A DNA stretch of 63,731 bases, filler included, from Octopus bimaculoides (taxonomy: Eukaryota), in the NCBI RefSeq assembly GCF_001194135.2. It is 5 parts of 5 records of this genome, joined end to end, with 100 filler letters (N's around TTAATTAATTAA, not from the genome) between each part and the next. Parts side by side here need not be neighbours in the genome. Positions count along the whole stretch, not along the records: positions 22,491 to 36,346 come from NC_069007.1; positions 36,447 to 55,203 come from NC_068992.1; 3 more parts are not named here. One strand, given 5' to 3'. This document shows positions 23,709 to 36,942 of the stretch, in pieces. The notes under the pieces were generated by a model. It saw only the letters and a list, made by a program, of their open reading frames with translations. It was not told where the DNA came from and made no database searches. The first letter of the stretch is position 1; the number at the start of each line of letters is the position of its first letter. Made by a program: the position numbers and the translations under genes.

Positions 23709-23935
23709 AAGGTGGCGAGCTGGCAGAATCGTTAGCACGCCGTGCGAAATGCTTTGCGGTATTTCGTCTGTGGCTACGTTCTGAGTTCAAATTCTGCCGA
23801 GGTCGACTTTGCCTTTTATCCTTTCGGGATTGATAAATTAATTACCAGTTGCATACTGAGGTCGCTTTAATCGACTGGCCCGCTCCCGCAAATTTTCGGA
23901 CCTTGTTCCTAGAGTAAAAAATATTATTATTACTA
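23709..23935 (+). mobile_element. SINE family B copy
   Basis: Head, central block and ATTATT tail. Confidence 0.88.
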
Positions 23936-24060
23936 TTTTTATCATCCCCTTCATCATTTTCCTCGTACACACCACCACTGTCATCATCACAACCCTCCTA
24001 CTTCTACCCATCATTATCATCATCGTCACACATATCAACCTCATCATCTTACAGAAGGAA

Positions 24061-24119
<59 letters not shown>

Positions 24120-24536
24120 ATAAACGTTATTCATGCTTGAATTTATAAACTACGATGAGAATAACAATGGTCAACAAAGAATTTGTCCCAAAGATACGAA
24201 TTCCTGTGTCTTATACGTCTTTGCACGTGGAATTCAAAACTAACGTCAAATTATCTGAATCACCCACAGTTTCTCTGTTCCACGATATCCCTCTCAGCTG
24301 GGGCTGTATCTGGGATAGCTCCCTTCACAACACCCGAATGTCAAGAACGAGGTGAAACAACTTGATTCGGATTGAGTCTAAGAATGGTAGACACCGATGT
24401 TTCGCTATTATTGTGACTTATCAATACCACACACTCGGATCAAACCGAAATGAACAGAACTCCTGGCCGATGGAGTAAAAACTATTTGCTGATGTACCAG
24501 GGCGTAGCTCATGTGAAAGTAAATGATATAAGTTAT

Positions 24537-24735
24537 AGGCCATAGACCCGAAATTTGACGGGGGAAGGGGTGAAGTCGATTCCATCGACCCCCAGTGCTG
24601 AGCAGGTTCTTAATGTATCGATGCCGAAAGGATGAAAGGCAAAAGTCGACATTGGCAGCATTTTAACTCAGAATGCAATGCCAGAAGACATGTCGCTAAA
24701 CATTTTCTTCGGCATGCAAACGATTCTAACAACAA
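24537..24735 (-). mobile_element. SINE family B copy, diverged
   Basis: ATCGATGCCGAAAGGATGAAAGGCAAAAGTCGAC is the reverse complement of the B central block. Confidence 0.8.
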
Positions 24736-25441
24736 CAGCAATAACAACAACAACAACAACAACAATCACGTCAAATGTGGGCCACCTCACGTCATACATT
24801 GGTGACAACTATCAGTGAATATCTTCATTCGAAAACGTTCAATCGGCCATTTTGGCCGACTCAACTGGATTTTTGTGTTATAAAATTTATTGTTAATATT
24901 TATGTTCGCATTCCAGACGTTTTCTGGGAGACAAATGTTACGTATCAGCAGAATATTACACACCACACACACACACACACATTAACAGACACTAACACAT
25001 TCACGCGCATACACACACAGACACACTCATGCGCATACACACGTTTATGAATTAAAAAATTGTCAGTCAACGAAACATTTATAAACATAAAGATGTACTC
25101 AGAAACACTTGTGTGTGTGTGTGTGTGTTTTGTGTGTATATATATATATATATGTATGTGTGTCTATATATANNNNNNNNNNNNNNNNNNNNNNNNNNNN
25201 NNNNNNNNNNNNNNNNNNNNNNNNNNNNNNNNNNNNNNNNNNNNNNNNNNNNNNNNNNNNNNNNNNNNNNNNNNNNNNNNNNNNNNNNNNNNNNNNNNNN
25301 NNNNNNNNNNNNNNNNNNNNNNNNNNNNNNNNNNNNNNNNNNNNNNNNNNNNNNNNNNNNNNNNNNNNNNNNNNNNNNNNNNNNNNNNNNNNNNNNNNNN
25401 NNNNNNNNNNNNNNNNNNNNNNNNNNNNNNNNNNNNNNNNN

Positions 25442-25480
<39 letters not shown>

Positions 25481-25725
25481 ATATATATATATATATACAT
25501 GTATATGTGTGTGTGTGTCTGTGTGTGTATATATGTATACATATGTGTGTGTGTGTATGTATATATATGTAGACATATATATATATGTGTTGGTGTGTGT
25601 GCGTATGTATGTATATATACACATACATACACACACAGACATCCATGTATATATATATAAACCACTAATATACATGATTACATACATCCGTATATACATC
25701 GAAAACTTTATCTGCATGCATATGC

Positions 25726-25770
<45 letters not shown>

Positions 25771-26444
25771 TTTATGTATATATGTGCTCGTGTCTGTGTA
25801 TGTGTTGCGTGTGTGTACGGTGTGTTCGAGTATGTAAACAGATCTTAGTATATACAGCGGAGCAATGGCGACATTAGTATAAAGAGCAGCCGTGGAGCAG
25901 ATACAGAACATAAATCAACTGCCAAACAAAAAGAACGACGTAGGGTCCGAGTATTTTTCTGTCTCCTCTCTGCAAACATAACTTTTCAATTGAGACCGTC
26001 TGCTACCAAGTTACCGCAGACGTACTCATTGCGCTCGTTCAGAAGCAGACGTTGTAGACATGCGCAAAAGAAAATATCTGCTGCTTACGGAGACATGTTA
26101 CTCCGACCCCAACCACCTTTATATAATAGATAAATATTAGAAAATGGAGGGAAAAAATTGACACACATATCTACATATGCACGGAGAGGTTTAAGGATGT
26201 ATGTAAGCTATTATTTAGTTTTATTTCAAGATTTCTTGCCAATAGAGAAGGAGCCGGTTTCTAACCTAGATCCAAGGCTCCTTCATTGGAATTTCAATAT
26301 CAACAACAGGGTAGTTTTGTTTGTTTGTTTGTTTGTATGTATGTATATATGTATGTATGTATGTATATGTGTAGATTTGTATGTCTTGTTTTATGTATGT
26401 CTTCTCATGCATACACTTACATATCCAGACATGTTCATATATAC

Positions 26445-26600
26445 TTAAATGATAAACTTCCAGAAAGTTTTACAGATTTTTACAGTTCCAGTGATGGCTT
26501 GAATCTGCAGTCTTCGAATCAGCTTTCTTCTTTCTGGTTTAGAGAAACCTAATTTCTCAAGATTGGTATTTAGGCAGTGTATTACATATCCCAGTGCCCC
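26445..26600 (-). pseudogene. C-terminal tip of an RLE-type (R4/Dong-like) non-LTR retrotransposon
   Basis: GALGYVIHCLNTNLEKLGFSKPERRKLIRRLQIQAITGTVKICKTFWKF* resembles the IGALG...LQ..AI.GT..I C-terminus of these elements. Confidence 0.6.
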
Positions 26601-26951
26601 ATGCGTACGTACGTACGTATGTATGTACGTATGTATGTATGTATACACGCACATATATGAACAAGCCGGTGATATCAAAAGATATGCAAATTAATAGCTG
26701 CAGTGTTTAGAAGTTCCTGGATTTGTTATGAATGGAAAAAGACTGGCAACTTTTTATTTATTTATTTATTCATTTTCTTCCAGGGATTGGTTTATGGAAA
26801 CACTTCTGCTAAAAACCCAATAAGATTTGAAAATCAATTAAATCTGTTCATATTTTTTGGTCAGTCTATCGGGGAAAATAGATCGATTGGCAACGGTCGT
26901 ATGTCTACAACATAAATGTACAGGCAGATAATGCTCACACACTCTCTTAGA

Positions 26952-27185
26952 TGTTTTCAGTCATTTGACGGCGGCCATGCTGGAGCACCACCTTAAGAGG
27001 GTTTTAGTCGAAGAAATCGAGCCCCTTTCGTACTGCGGGCAATGTGATCGACTATCCCCCTCCCCTTAAATTCCAGACCTTGTGCCCATAATAGAANNNN
27101 NNNNNNTGCGGGCAATGTGATCGACTATCCCCCTCCCCTTAAATTCCAGACCTTGTGCCCATAATAGAAAGACTTATTAATATCA
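26952..27185. mobile_element. Chimeric SINE fragment: family A 3' end (-) joined to family B tail (+)
   Basis: GTCATTTGACGGCGGCCATGCTGGAGCACC... (A) switches near 27030 to TACTGCGGGCAATGTGATCGACTATCCCCCTCCCC (B tail). Confidence 0.6.
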
Positions 27186-27399
27186 TTAATATTGACATTA
27201 TTATTATTATTATTATTGTTGTTGTTGTTGTTGTTGTTGTTACCTTCCTATTTGCAGTTGCCTTTGGAAGGCTGTGTGTAGGAGTTTTTAAACAGAGTCA
27301 GTTAAATTGTCTGTTTAACCCGAGATAACCTCCCCATGTACTGTTATGCACCCGCCCACCCGTTTGCTCCCTCTACCTCTCCCTCTACCTCTCCCTCTC

Positions 27400-28440
<1,041 letters not shown>

Positions 28441-29039
28441 TAGAAATAATAGCCGGAACTGTAGGAGATCGTTATGCAAATATANNNNNNNNNNNNNNNN
28501 NNNNNNNNNNNNNNNNNNNNNNNNNNNNNNNNNNNNNNNNNNNNNNNNNNNNNNNNNNNNNNNNNNNNNNNNNNNNNNNNNNNNNNNNNNNNNNNNNNNN
28601 NNNNNNNNNNNNNNNNNNNNNNNNNNNNNNNNNNNNNNNNNNNNNNNNNNNNNNNNNNNNNNNNNNNNNNNNNNNNNNNNNNNNNNNNNNNNNNNNNNNN
28701 NNNNNNNNNNNNNNNNNNNNNNNNNNNNNNNNNNNNNNNNNNNNNNNNNNNNNNNNNNNNNNNNNNNNNNNNNNNNNNNNNNNNNNNNNNNNNNNNNNNN
28801 NNNNNNNNNNNNNNNNNNNNNNNNNNNNNNNNNNNNNNNNNNNNNNNNNNNNNNNNNNNNNNNNNNNNNNNNNNNNNNNNNNNNNNNNNNNNNNNNNNNN
28901 NNNNNNNNNNNNNNNNNNNNNNNNNNNNNNNNNNNNNNNNNNNNNNNNNNNNNNNNNNNNNNNNNNNNNNNNNNNNNNNNNNNNNNNNNNNNNNNNNNNN
29001 NNNNNNNNNNNNNNNNNNNNNNNNNNNNNNNNNNNNNNN

Positions 29040-29372
29040 TTGAGCAAGTGTATTCTACTATAGCCTCGGGCCGACCAAAGCCTTGTGAGTGGATTTGATA
29101 GACGGAAACTGAAAGAAGCCCGTCGTATATATGTATATATATACGTATGTGTGTTTGTGTTTGTATGTCTGTGTTTGTCCCCCCAACATCGCTTGCCAAC
29201 CGATGCTGGTGTGTTTACGTCCCCGTAACTTAGCGGTTCAGCAAAAGAGACCGAAAGAATAAGTACTAGGCTTCCAAAGAATAAGTCCTGGGGTCGATTT
29301 GCTCGACTAAAAGGCGGTGCTCCAGCATGGCCGCAGTCAAAAGACTGAAACAAGTAAAAGAATAAAAGAGTA
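29040..29372 (+). mobile_element. SINE family A copy (5' end lost in gap)
   Basis: High identity to the other A copies. Confidence 0.92.
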
Positions 29373-29489
29373 TATCTAATATAATAGCACACAGAGAGTA
29401 CAAACCTCCGCCAAGGCAACACCAATGTCCTCTCAATGATTAGCCGAAGGTGATTTTAAAAAATGAGAATATCTGAAATAAACAGTGAA

Positions 29490-29633
29490 TCACTGGTACT
29501 TATTTCATCGACCTCCGAATGGATAAAAGGCAAGGTTGACCTCGGCGGAATTCGAACTCAGAACGTAAAACAGACGAAATGCCGCTAAGTATTTCGCCCG
29601 GAGAGCTAATGATTCCACCAGGTTGTCACCTTC
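29490..29633 (-). mobile_element. SINE family B copy
   Basis: GGTACTTATTTCATCGACC...GACCTCGGCGGAATTCGAACTCAGAACG. Confidence 0.88.
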
Positions 29634-30269
29634 GGTTTGAGTAAGTATGGTTGAATATATGAAAACGGAATCGGTCGATGTGATTCAGGGGAAATGGCAT
29701 GATTCAAAGACACCATCGGGTTTTTCAAACACAGAAAACAAACACAACCAGTGAATGGCTTGATAAGAGGAATCGGTTTAATTAAGGGTCTGGATATGAA
29801 ATTAATTGCAGTACGAAAATAAAGGTATGAAACGGGAAGAATAATGAACGAACGAACGAACGAACACACACACACACACACACATACACACAGACGTGCA
29901 CATACTGGGGCAAAGACATACTCGCTTATGCACACACACATACATAATATATATATATATATATATATGTGTATATATATATATATATATATCAATTTAT
30001 CTATGTATCTATCTATATATATACATACACACATATTCGTACACACATAGACAGACAGACATACAAATATAACTGAATGTTTATCAGGAAGAAATAGGAA
30101 GAGCAACATAGGAAGACGGATTGGTCTACATATGTATATATGTGTATATATGCGTGTGAGTGCGTGCGTGTGTGTGTGTGTGTGTGTGTGCACACGTCTA
30201 ATTGTGGGCAGGAATTTATGCTTAGTTAGCAAAAGAATAATTCACTCTATGGCGTTTCCTTTGTACAAT

Positions 30270-30420
30270 CCAGAAAACAGATGGCGCTAGAGGTACTTCC
30301 GGACTCGCCACCTCACAGCTTGTTTGCGGCCAGACAGGGAGAGCAGATCCGAATCTCACTCATATGCGAGGCATCGGTGCACATTTGGTGCATCGGTGCA
30401 TGCAAATTATGCATCATTAA
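30270..30420. promoter_or_regulatory. GC-elevated candidate cis-regulatory cluster (CTCF/YY1-like, ETS, octamer)
   Basis: CAGATGGCGCTA 30278-30289, ACTTCCGG 30295-30302, ATGCAAAT 30400-30407. Motif matches only. Confidence 0.3.
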
Positions 30421-30508
30421 CCCATTGTACACGCGTCCTCGCTTCAATTAAGTGACTATGATTATTAAAATTGCACACCTCTGCTTGAAACACCGAGTGC
30501 GACCGCAT

Positions 30509-30552
<44 letters not shown>

Positions 30553-30732
30553 NNNNNNNNNNNNNNNNNNNNNNNNNNNNNNNNNNNNNNNNNNNNNNNN
30601 NNNNNNNNNNNNNNNNNNNNNNNNNNNNNNNNNNNNNNNNNNNNNNNNNNNNNNNNNNNNNNNNNNNNNNNNNNNNNNNNNNNNNNNNNNNNNNNNNNNN
30701 NNNNNNNNNNNNNNNNNNNNNNNNNNNNNNNN

Positions 30733-30783
<51 letters not shown>

Positions 30784-32064
30784 TAAATATATATATATAT
30801 ATATATAGATAGATAGATAGAAATATGCATATACATATATGTACGTATATATACTTACACAATATATATATAATGATAGATACATGTACATACACATGTA
30901 CAGTTATACATACATATATACGTATATATAAATATATATATTTATATATATATATATATATATGAATTCATCGCATCACATTATGCACATCCACACACAC
31001 ACATATGTACGCGCAAATATAAATTTTGTCCCATTTGATTTCATATTTGGTGTATTTATAGAGTTTTGTATGGTAATTATTGACATGAAATTCATTTTCG
31101 CCATAAGTCAATAAAGTAACGAGTTATAGCTTTTATAGTTTGTAAATTTTGAGTAATTTTAGCCAATCGAAAGCCACAGACATACAGTTGTCTGTTTCCA
31201 TAGCAACAAGCCAAGCTGTTTAACCAAAATGCTTACTTCTCTGTTGCTGTCCTGTCAAGCCACGCTTTCATTTTTCGCTGATCGATGCTTAAAACACGAG
31301 ATATCAGGTGGTCGTGAGGTGTGCTAAAAATAATAGCTAAATAGGCCTTAAATCACGTGCCAAAACATTTTTGGTTTTTGCTCTTGCCGAATTGTATGAA
31401 TTCCTTTGTGTAGAATACAAATTCGCAAAAGTTTTCCGAAAATTCCAACAAATAAATTTATGAGGGATGTATGACGTGCGTAAAGCAGATTTCCGCCAAA
31501 ATTTCCTTTGGTTCACGTGCTATCGTCGTAATGCAGTCACGAACAAAATTACAGCATTACAGCTTCCAAATTCTATTTTTCTGACTGGATAAAAATGATC
31601 AAACTTTAATTAAACCTCTGTAACATTTTTTAAACACGTTCTTCTGAAACAAGTGGATTATCTTCTAAGATTCAGCGTGGAAAATTACATCAATACACCA
31701 AACTTGAAAATTTTCACTTAATTAATTTCAAAAAGTGCAGCCAAACTGTAGAAAGGATCCAGAATTCCTTTGGTCACTTGGTGTCGGCTCAGTCTTGTTT
31801 TAGGACCTAGGGCTGAAACAGCAAGACCAACAACAACTGTCTCCATTCATTCACCATTGATACGTTTTTTCTTCGACCCTTCCCCCACTTCGCCGCCATT
31901 CTACCATTGCAACCTCCTCCCTCCCTTCAAGTACCTTCTTCTCTTACATCACCACCACCACTACTACTACTACCACCACCACCTCAGTAACCTCACTGAC
32001 CCCCTTTTTCGTTCAGCACGTATTCATTCATTCAGTCACCTCTCCTACCCCCTACTTATCTTAC

Positions 32065-32098
<34 letters not shown>

Positions 32099-32888
32099 TT
32101 CACACGCATCACCACCGCCACCACCATATATATACTCTTTCAATTCCACTATCACCACCACCACCAGTCTTGTCGCAGTCACTCCCCCTTAACCTCCCCC
32201 TCCTTTCTATTCTCCTGCCTCATCCCCCTCCCCCTCCCCGCTCTTTTGTCTCCGTCACATTCATCAANNNNNNNNNNNNNNNNNNNNNNNNNNNNNNNNN
32301 NNNNNNNNNNNNNNNNNNNNNNNNNNNNNNNNNNNNNNNNNNNNNNNNNNNNNNNNNNNNNNNNNNNNNNNNNNNNNNNNNNNNNNNNNNNNNNNNNNNN
32401 NNNNNNNNNNNNNNNNNNNNNNNNNNNNNNNNNNNNNNNNNNNNNNNNNNNNNNNNNNNNNNNNNNNNNNNNNNNNNNNNNNNNNNNNNNNNNNNNNNNN
32501 NNNNNNNNNNNNNNNNNNNNNNNNNNNNNNNNNNNNNNNNNNNNNNNNNNNNNNNNNNNNNNNNNNNNNNNNNNNNNNNNNNNNNNNNNNNNNNNNNNNN
32601 NNNNNNNNNNNNNNNNNNNNNNNNNNNNNNNNNNNNNNNNNNNNNNNNNNNNNNNNNNNNNNNNNNNNNNNNNNNNNNNNNNNNNNNNNNNNNNNNNNNN
32701 NNNNNNNNNNNNNNNNNNNNNNNNNNNNNNNNNNNNNNNNNNNNNNNNNNNNNNNNNNNNNNNNNNNNNNNNNNNNNNNNNNNNNNNNNNNNNNNNNNNN
32801 NNNNNNNNNNNNNNNNNNNNNNNNNNNNNNNNNNNNNNNNNNNNNNNNNNNNNNNNNNNNNNNNNNNNNNNNNNNNNNNNNNNNNNNN

Positions 32889-33086
32889 AGTAGTAGTAGT
32901 AGTAGTAGTTGTAGTAGTAGTAGTTGTAGTGGTGGTGGTGGTAATAATGCAAGTGATAGTTGTAGTAGTGGTTGCAGTTGCTGTGGTGATCTTAATAATT
33001 AATTAAAGTTGTAATAGTAGAGGTTATAGTACCTGGTGGTGTGGTGGTGATAAAACAGTACAAGCAGTAGTGGAATAGTGCCTGTC

Positions 33087-33127
<41 letters not shown>

Positions 33128-33180
33128 TGCTTGTAGTAGTAGGAGGAAGAGGGGGCGAGGAGGAGTAGCAGTAGTGGTTG
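32889..33180. repeat. (TAG)n-rich trinucleotide microsatellite field
   Basis: Directly visible. Confidence 0.95.
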
Positions 33181-34496
33181 TAGTTGGTCTTTTTACTGTT
33201 GCATATGCCCTGAGCCAATCGGCCAACTCTCGACTGACAATCCCTATAATGAAAGGCGCTCCTGGCGTGACCATTCCGTCGGGTACATTCTCAGGTAACT
33301 TATAGTAGTCATAACAATAGTAGCAGCAGCAGCAGTAGTAGAAGTAGTAGTGGTAGTTCTTGCTATTGTTTATCTGCGCCAATCAACAAATCCAACGATG
33401 AAATGCTGTTCCGGCCGTGACCGTTCCATCGGTTTTTCTTCGGTAATTGCGTAATGATACCCATACGACCACAATCCTCCTCCAATTGCTGAACGCCGTT
33501 CCTAATCTGAAGGTACCTCTGGCTGCTATTTCTAGCATGCTGATCGACCCAATATAGACAGACCCTCTTTCTCGTCCATGTGGTCAACACATCGAAGATT
33601 GTTTTAATCCATCATATATCGTCAAAGACTTTCCAAATATGGCAATCCCGTCTTTTTGTTTCGTCTTTGTCTGATGGTCGCAGACGATCAGGCAAAGACG
33701 GCTGCGACTGTCTGGTCATTGAACTGGAAGCCATCCAAATTAGTCTCTCCCTCTCCCTCCCTCTCTCTCTCCCTCTCCCTCCCTCTCTCTCTCCCTCNNN
33801 NNNNNNNNNNNNNNNNNNNNNNNNNNNNNNNNNNNNNNNNNNNNNNNNNNNNNNNNNNNNNNNNNNNNNNNNNNNNNNNNNNNNNNNNNNNNNNNNNNNN
33901 NNNNNNNNNNNNNNNNNNNNNNNNNNNNNNNNNNNNNNNNNNNNNNNNNNNNNNNNNNNNNNNNNNNNNNNNNNNNNNNNNNNNNNNNNNNNNNNNNNNN
34001 NNNNNNNNNNNNNNNNNNNNNNNNNNNNNNNNNNNNNNNNNNNNNNNNNNNNNNNNNNNNNNNNNNNNNNNNNNNNNNNNNNNNNNNNNNNNNNNNNNNN
34101 NNNNNNNNNNNNNNNNNNNNNNNNNNNNNNNNNNNNNNNNNNNNNNNNNNNNNNNNNNNNNNNNNNNNNNNNNNNNNNNNNNNNNNNNNNNNNNNNNNNN
34201 NNNNNNNNNNNNNNNNNNNNNNNNNNNNNNNNNNNNNNNNNNNNNNNNNNNNNNNNNNNNNNNNNNNNNNNNNNNNNNNNNNNNNNNNNNNNNNNNNNNN
34301 NNNNNNNNNNNGGGGGTGAGGTGGAACAAAAAAAAGAACAATAAGACATAAAAATTAAATTAAATTAACAAAACAAAAAAATTACTGTCACGTGATATTC
34401 CGTCATCATCGATGACAAATAAAGAAAATGGAAATAGGATATTATCTCGTAGAATATCTCACGTATTCTGTCTCGTATTAGCAGAGAGAGATTTAA

Positions 34497-34795
34497 TGTT
34501 GGTGGTGGTGGTCATGGCGGTGGTGTAAGTAGTGGGCGATGGCGATGGTGTTTGTTTGTGATAGTGGTGGTAGTGATAGTAGTGGTGGCGATGGTGGCAG
34601 TGGTGATGGTGGTGGTGGCGGTGGTGGCGGTGATGGTCGTTGCTGTGATAGTGGTGATGGTGTTGGCGGTGGTGGTAGCGATGGTGGTGATAGGGGCGAT
34701 GGAGCTGGTGGTGGCGATGATGTTAGTAGTGCTGGCGGTGGTGGTACTGGTGCTGCTGATGGTAGTGGTGGTGATGGTGGCAGTGGTGGTGGTGA
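34497..34795. repeat. (GGT/GAT)n cryptic trinucleotide low-complexity tract
   Basis: Directly visible; a similar tract is at 35794-36055. Confidence 0.9.
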
Positions 34796-35982
34796 TTCCA
34801 ATGTGATGCCTATGTGTACCAAGGCTGGCTCTTTAAAGAACGGTCCCCCCAACCGACATGCTTTCACACACATTTCCCTTCCACCCAATAAAACTCAAAG
34901 CCACTGGGGGGAGGGGATAGGGGGGGGTCGACCCGAAGCTATGGTATAGCGGAATCGAACTAGGGATCTTATGATTGGCAAGTGATCTTCTTAAGCACTC
35001 TGCCTCTATTTTGCATTATATTTGTTGCCTGTTTCTGTTGGAGTCTATAGTAGAAAGATGCAAAGCGGGATCGAACCCGAAAGCGAGTTTTCTGGATGCA
35101 AAGTGAGCTTCNNNNNNNNNNNNNNNNNNNNNNNNNNNNNNNNNNNNNNNNNNNNNNNNNNNNNNNNNNNNNNNNNNNNNNNNNNNNNNNNNNNNNNNNN
35201 NNNNNNNNNNNNNNNNNNNNNNNNNNNNNNNNNNNNNNNNNNNNNNNNNNNNNNNNNNNNNNNNNNNNNNNNNNNNNNNNNNNNNNNNNNNNNNNNNNNN
35301 NNNNNNNNNNNNNNNNNNNNNNNNNNNNNNNNNNNNNNNNNNNNNNNNNNNNNNNNNNNNNNNNNNNNNNNNNNNNNNNNNNNNNNNNNNNNNNNNNNNN
35401 NNNNNNNNNNNNNNNNNNNNNNNNNNNNNNNNNNNNNNNNNNNNNNNNNNNNNNNNNNNNNNNNNNNNNNNNNNNNNNNNNNNNNNNNNNNNNNNNNNNN
35501 NNNNNNNNNNNNNNNNNNNNNNNNNNNNNNNNNNNNNNNNNNNNNNNNNNNNNNNNNNNNNNNNNNNNNNNNNNNNNNNNNNNNNNNNNNNNNNNNNNNN
35601 NNNNNNNNNNNNNNNNNNNNNNNNNNNNNNNNNNNNNNNNNNNNNNNNNNNNNNNNNNNNNNNNNNNNNNNNNNNNNNNNNNNNNNNNNNNNNNNNNNNN
35701 NNNNNNNNNNNNNNNNNNNNNNNNNNNNNNNNNNNNNNNNNNNNNNNNNNNNNNNNNNNNNNNNNNNNNNNNNNNNNNNNNNNNNNNNNNNNNTCATCAT
35801 CATCATCATCACAGCCATATCAATGCCGACCCGCGCCACCACCACCGCCGCCGCCCTTAACAAACGCAACCACGATATTGATGATGATGATAATGATGAT
35901 GATGACGACAACGCCAATGATAATGTTGGGGGCGAAGAGGATGATGATGATGACGACGACGATGATAATGTTGTTGGTGGTT

Positions 35983-36028
<46 letters not shown>

Positions 36029-36308
36029 CGGTGGTGGTGGTGATAGCGATGGTTGTCACAACTGTTTAATGACAACTGGCATGTGCTAATAAAACGGTCC
36101 CTCTCGCTCCAACCATTCCGAGATATATCCACAGGAATATAAACACACACACGCAAACACACACACGCAAACACACACACACACACAGAGAAACGCATAC
36201 TCTTACAAACACCTACACACACACTCATAGACACACGTAGGCACATATATCTCTCTCGCTATCTATACCACCCACACATGTACATACATACATACATACG
36301 TCCTTATT

Positions 36309-36346
<38 letters not shown>

Positions 36347-36446
36347 NNNNNNNNNNNNNNNNNNNNNNNNNNNNNNNNNNNNNNNNNNNNTTAATTAATT
36401 AANNNNNNNNNNNNNNNNNNNNNNNNNNNNNNNNNNNNNNNNNNNN

Positions 36447-36730
36447 GTGAGTCCTTGACCTTGTTGGAGTATAAGGGTGGTGAGGTTTTTGAGAGTTTTT
36501 TGTTGTTTATAGTTGGTGATAGTTTCATAGAAGGAGTTATCGTTTAGTAAGGAGAGTGCTAGGTGTTTGTAAAAATCTGTGTTCATTAGGACTACAGTAC
36601 TACCTTTGTCAGCTTCTTTGATAGTAAGGCTTTTGTCCTGTTGTAAGTCTCTTAGATTTTTCCATTCTATGCTATTAAAGTTTGATTTGACCTTGGTTTT
36701 AGGTGGGGTAAAAGGGAAACTCTGGATGTG
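36447..36730 (-). pseudogene. Penelope-like element, N-terminal reverse-transcriptase fragment
   Basis: KSNFNSIEWKNLRDLQQDKSLTIKEADKGSTVVLMNTDFYKHLALSLLNDNSFY matches the PLE motif N(L)..E..AL..L..D..I.IK.ADKG..VV.M...Y. Truncated by the assembly linker. Confidence 0.9.
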
Positions 36731-36912
36731 GTTGCATATATATATATATATATATATATATGAGTGTACATATATATACTGTTGGTACACGAACATCCTT
36801 TTCTCGACGCTAACTTGGTGTCATTATTAAAATAACTTGATTCCATTGGATCCTGCATATAATTATATATGCATATACGATGGGATACCTAAAAGAAACT
36901 GGACAGGAATTG

Positions 36913-36942
36913 GACCATGGTTGAGCCGCAAGGCTTCATCAG
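36913..36942 (-). ncRNA. Degenerate minimal hammerhead-ribozyme-like motif upstream of the PLE fragment
   Basis: Minus strand CUGAUGA-AGCC-uugc-GGCU-CAA-CCAUGG-UC; the GAAA box is mutated. Confidence 0.45.

Noticed and set aside
27034-27169. 63-bp perfect direct repeat
   Set aside because: Two identical copies flank a 10-N gap: overlapping contig ends, an assembly artefact.
33215-33740. Coding-looking minus-strand frames with a repeated DG(T/M)VT(A/P)G motif (thiolase-like at first glance)
   Set aside because: The repeat comes from about three decayed copies of a short interspersed element (AAAGGC..TCC.G.CGTGACCATTCCGTC-like, also near 12260-12300) plus its GGCTGCTATTTCTAGCA tail; the frames contain stops.
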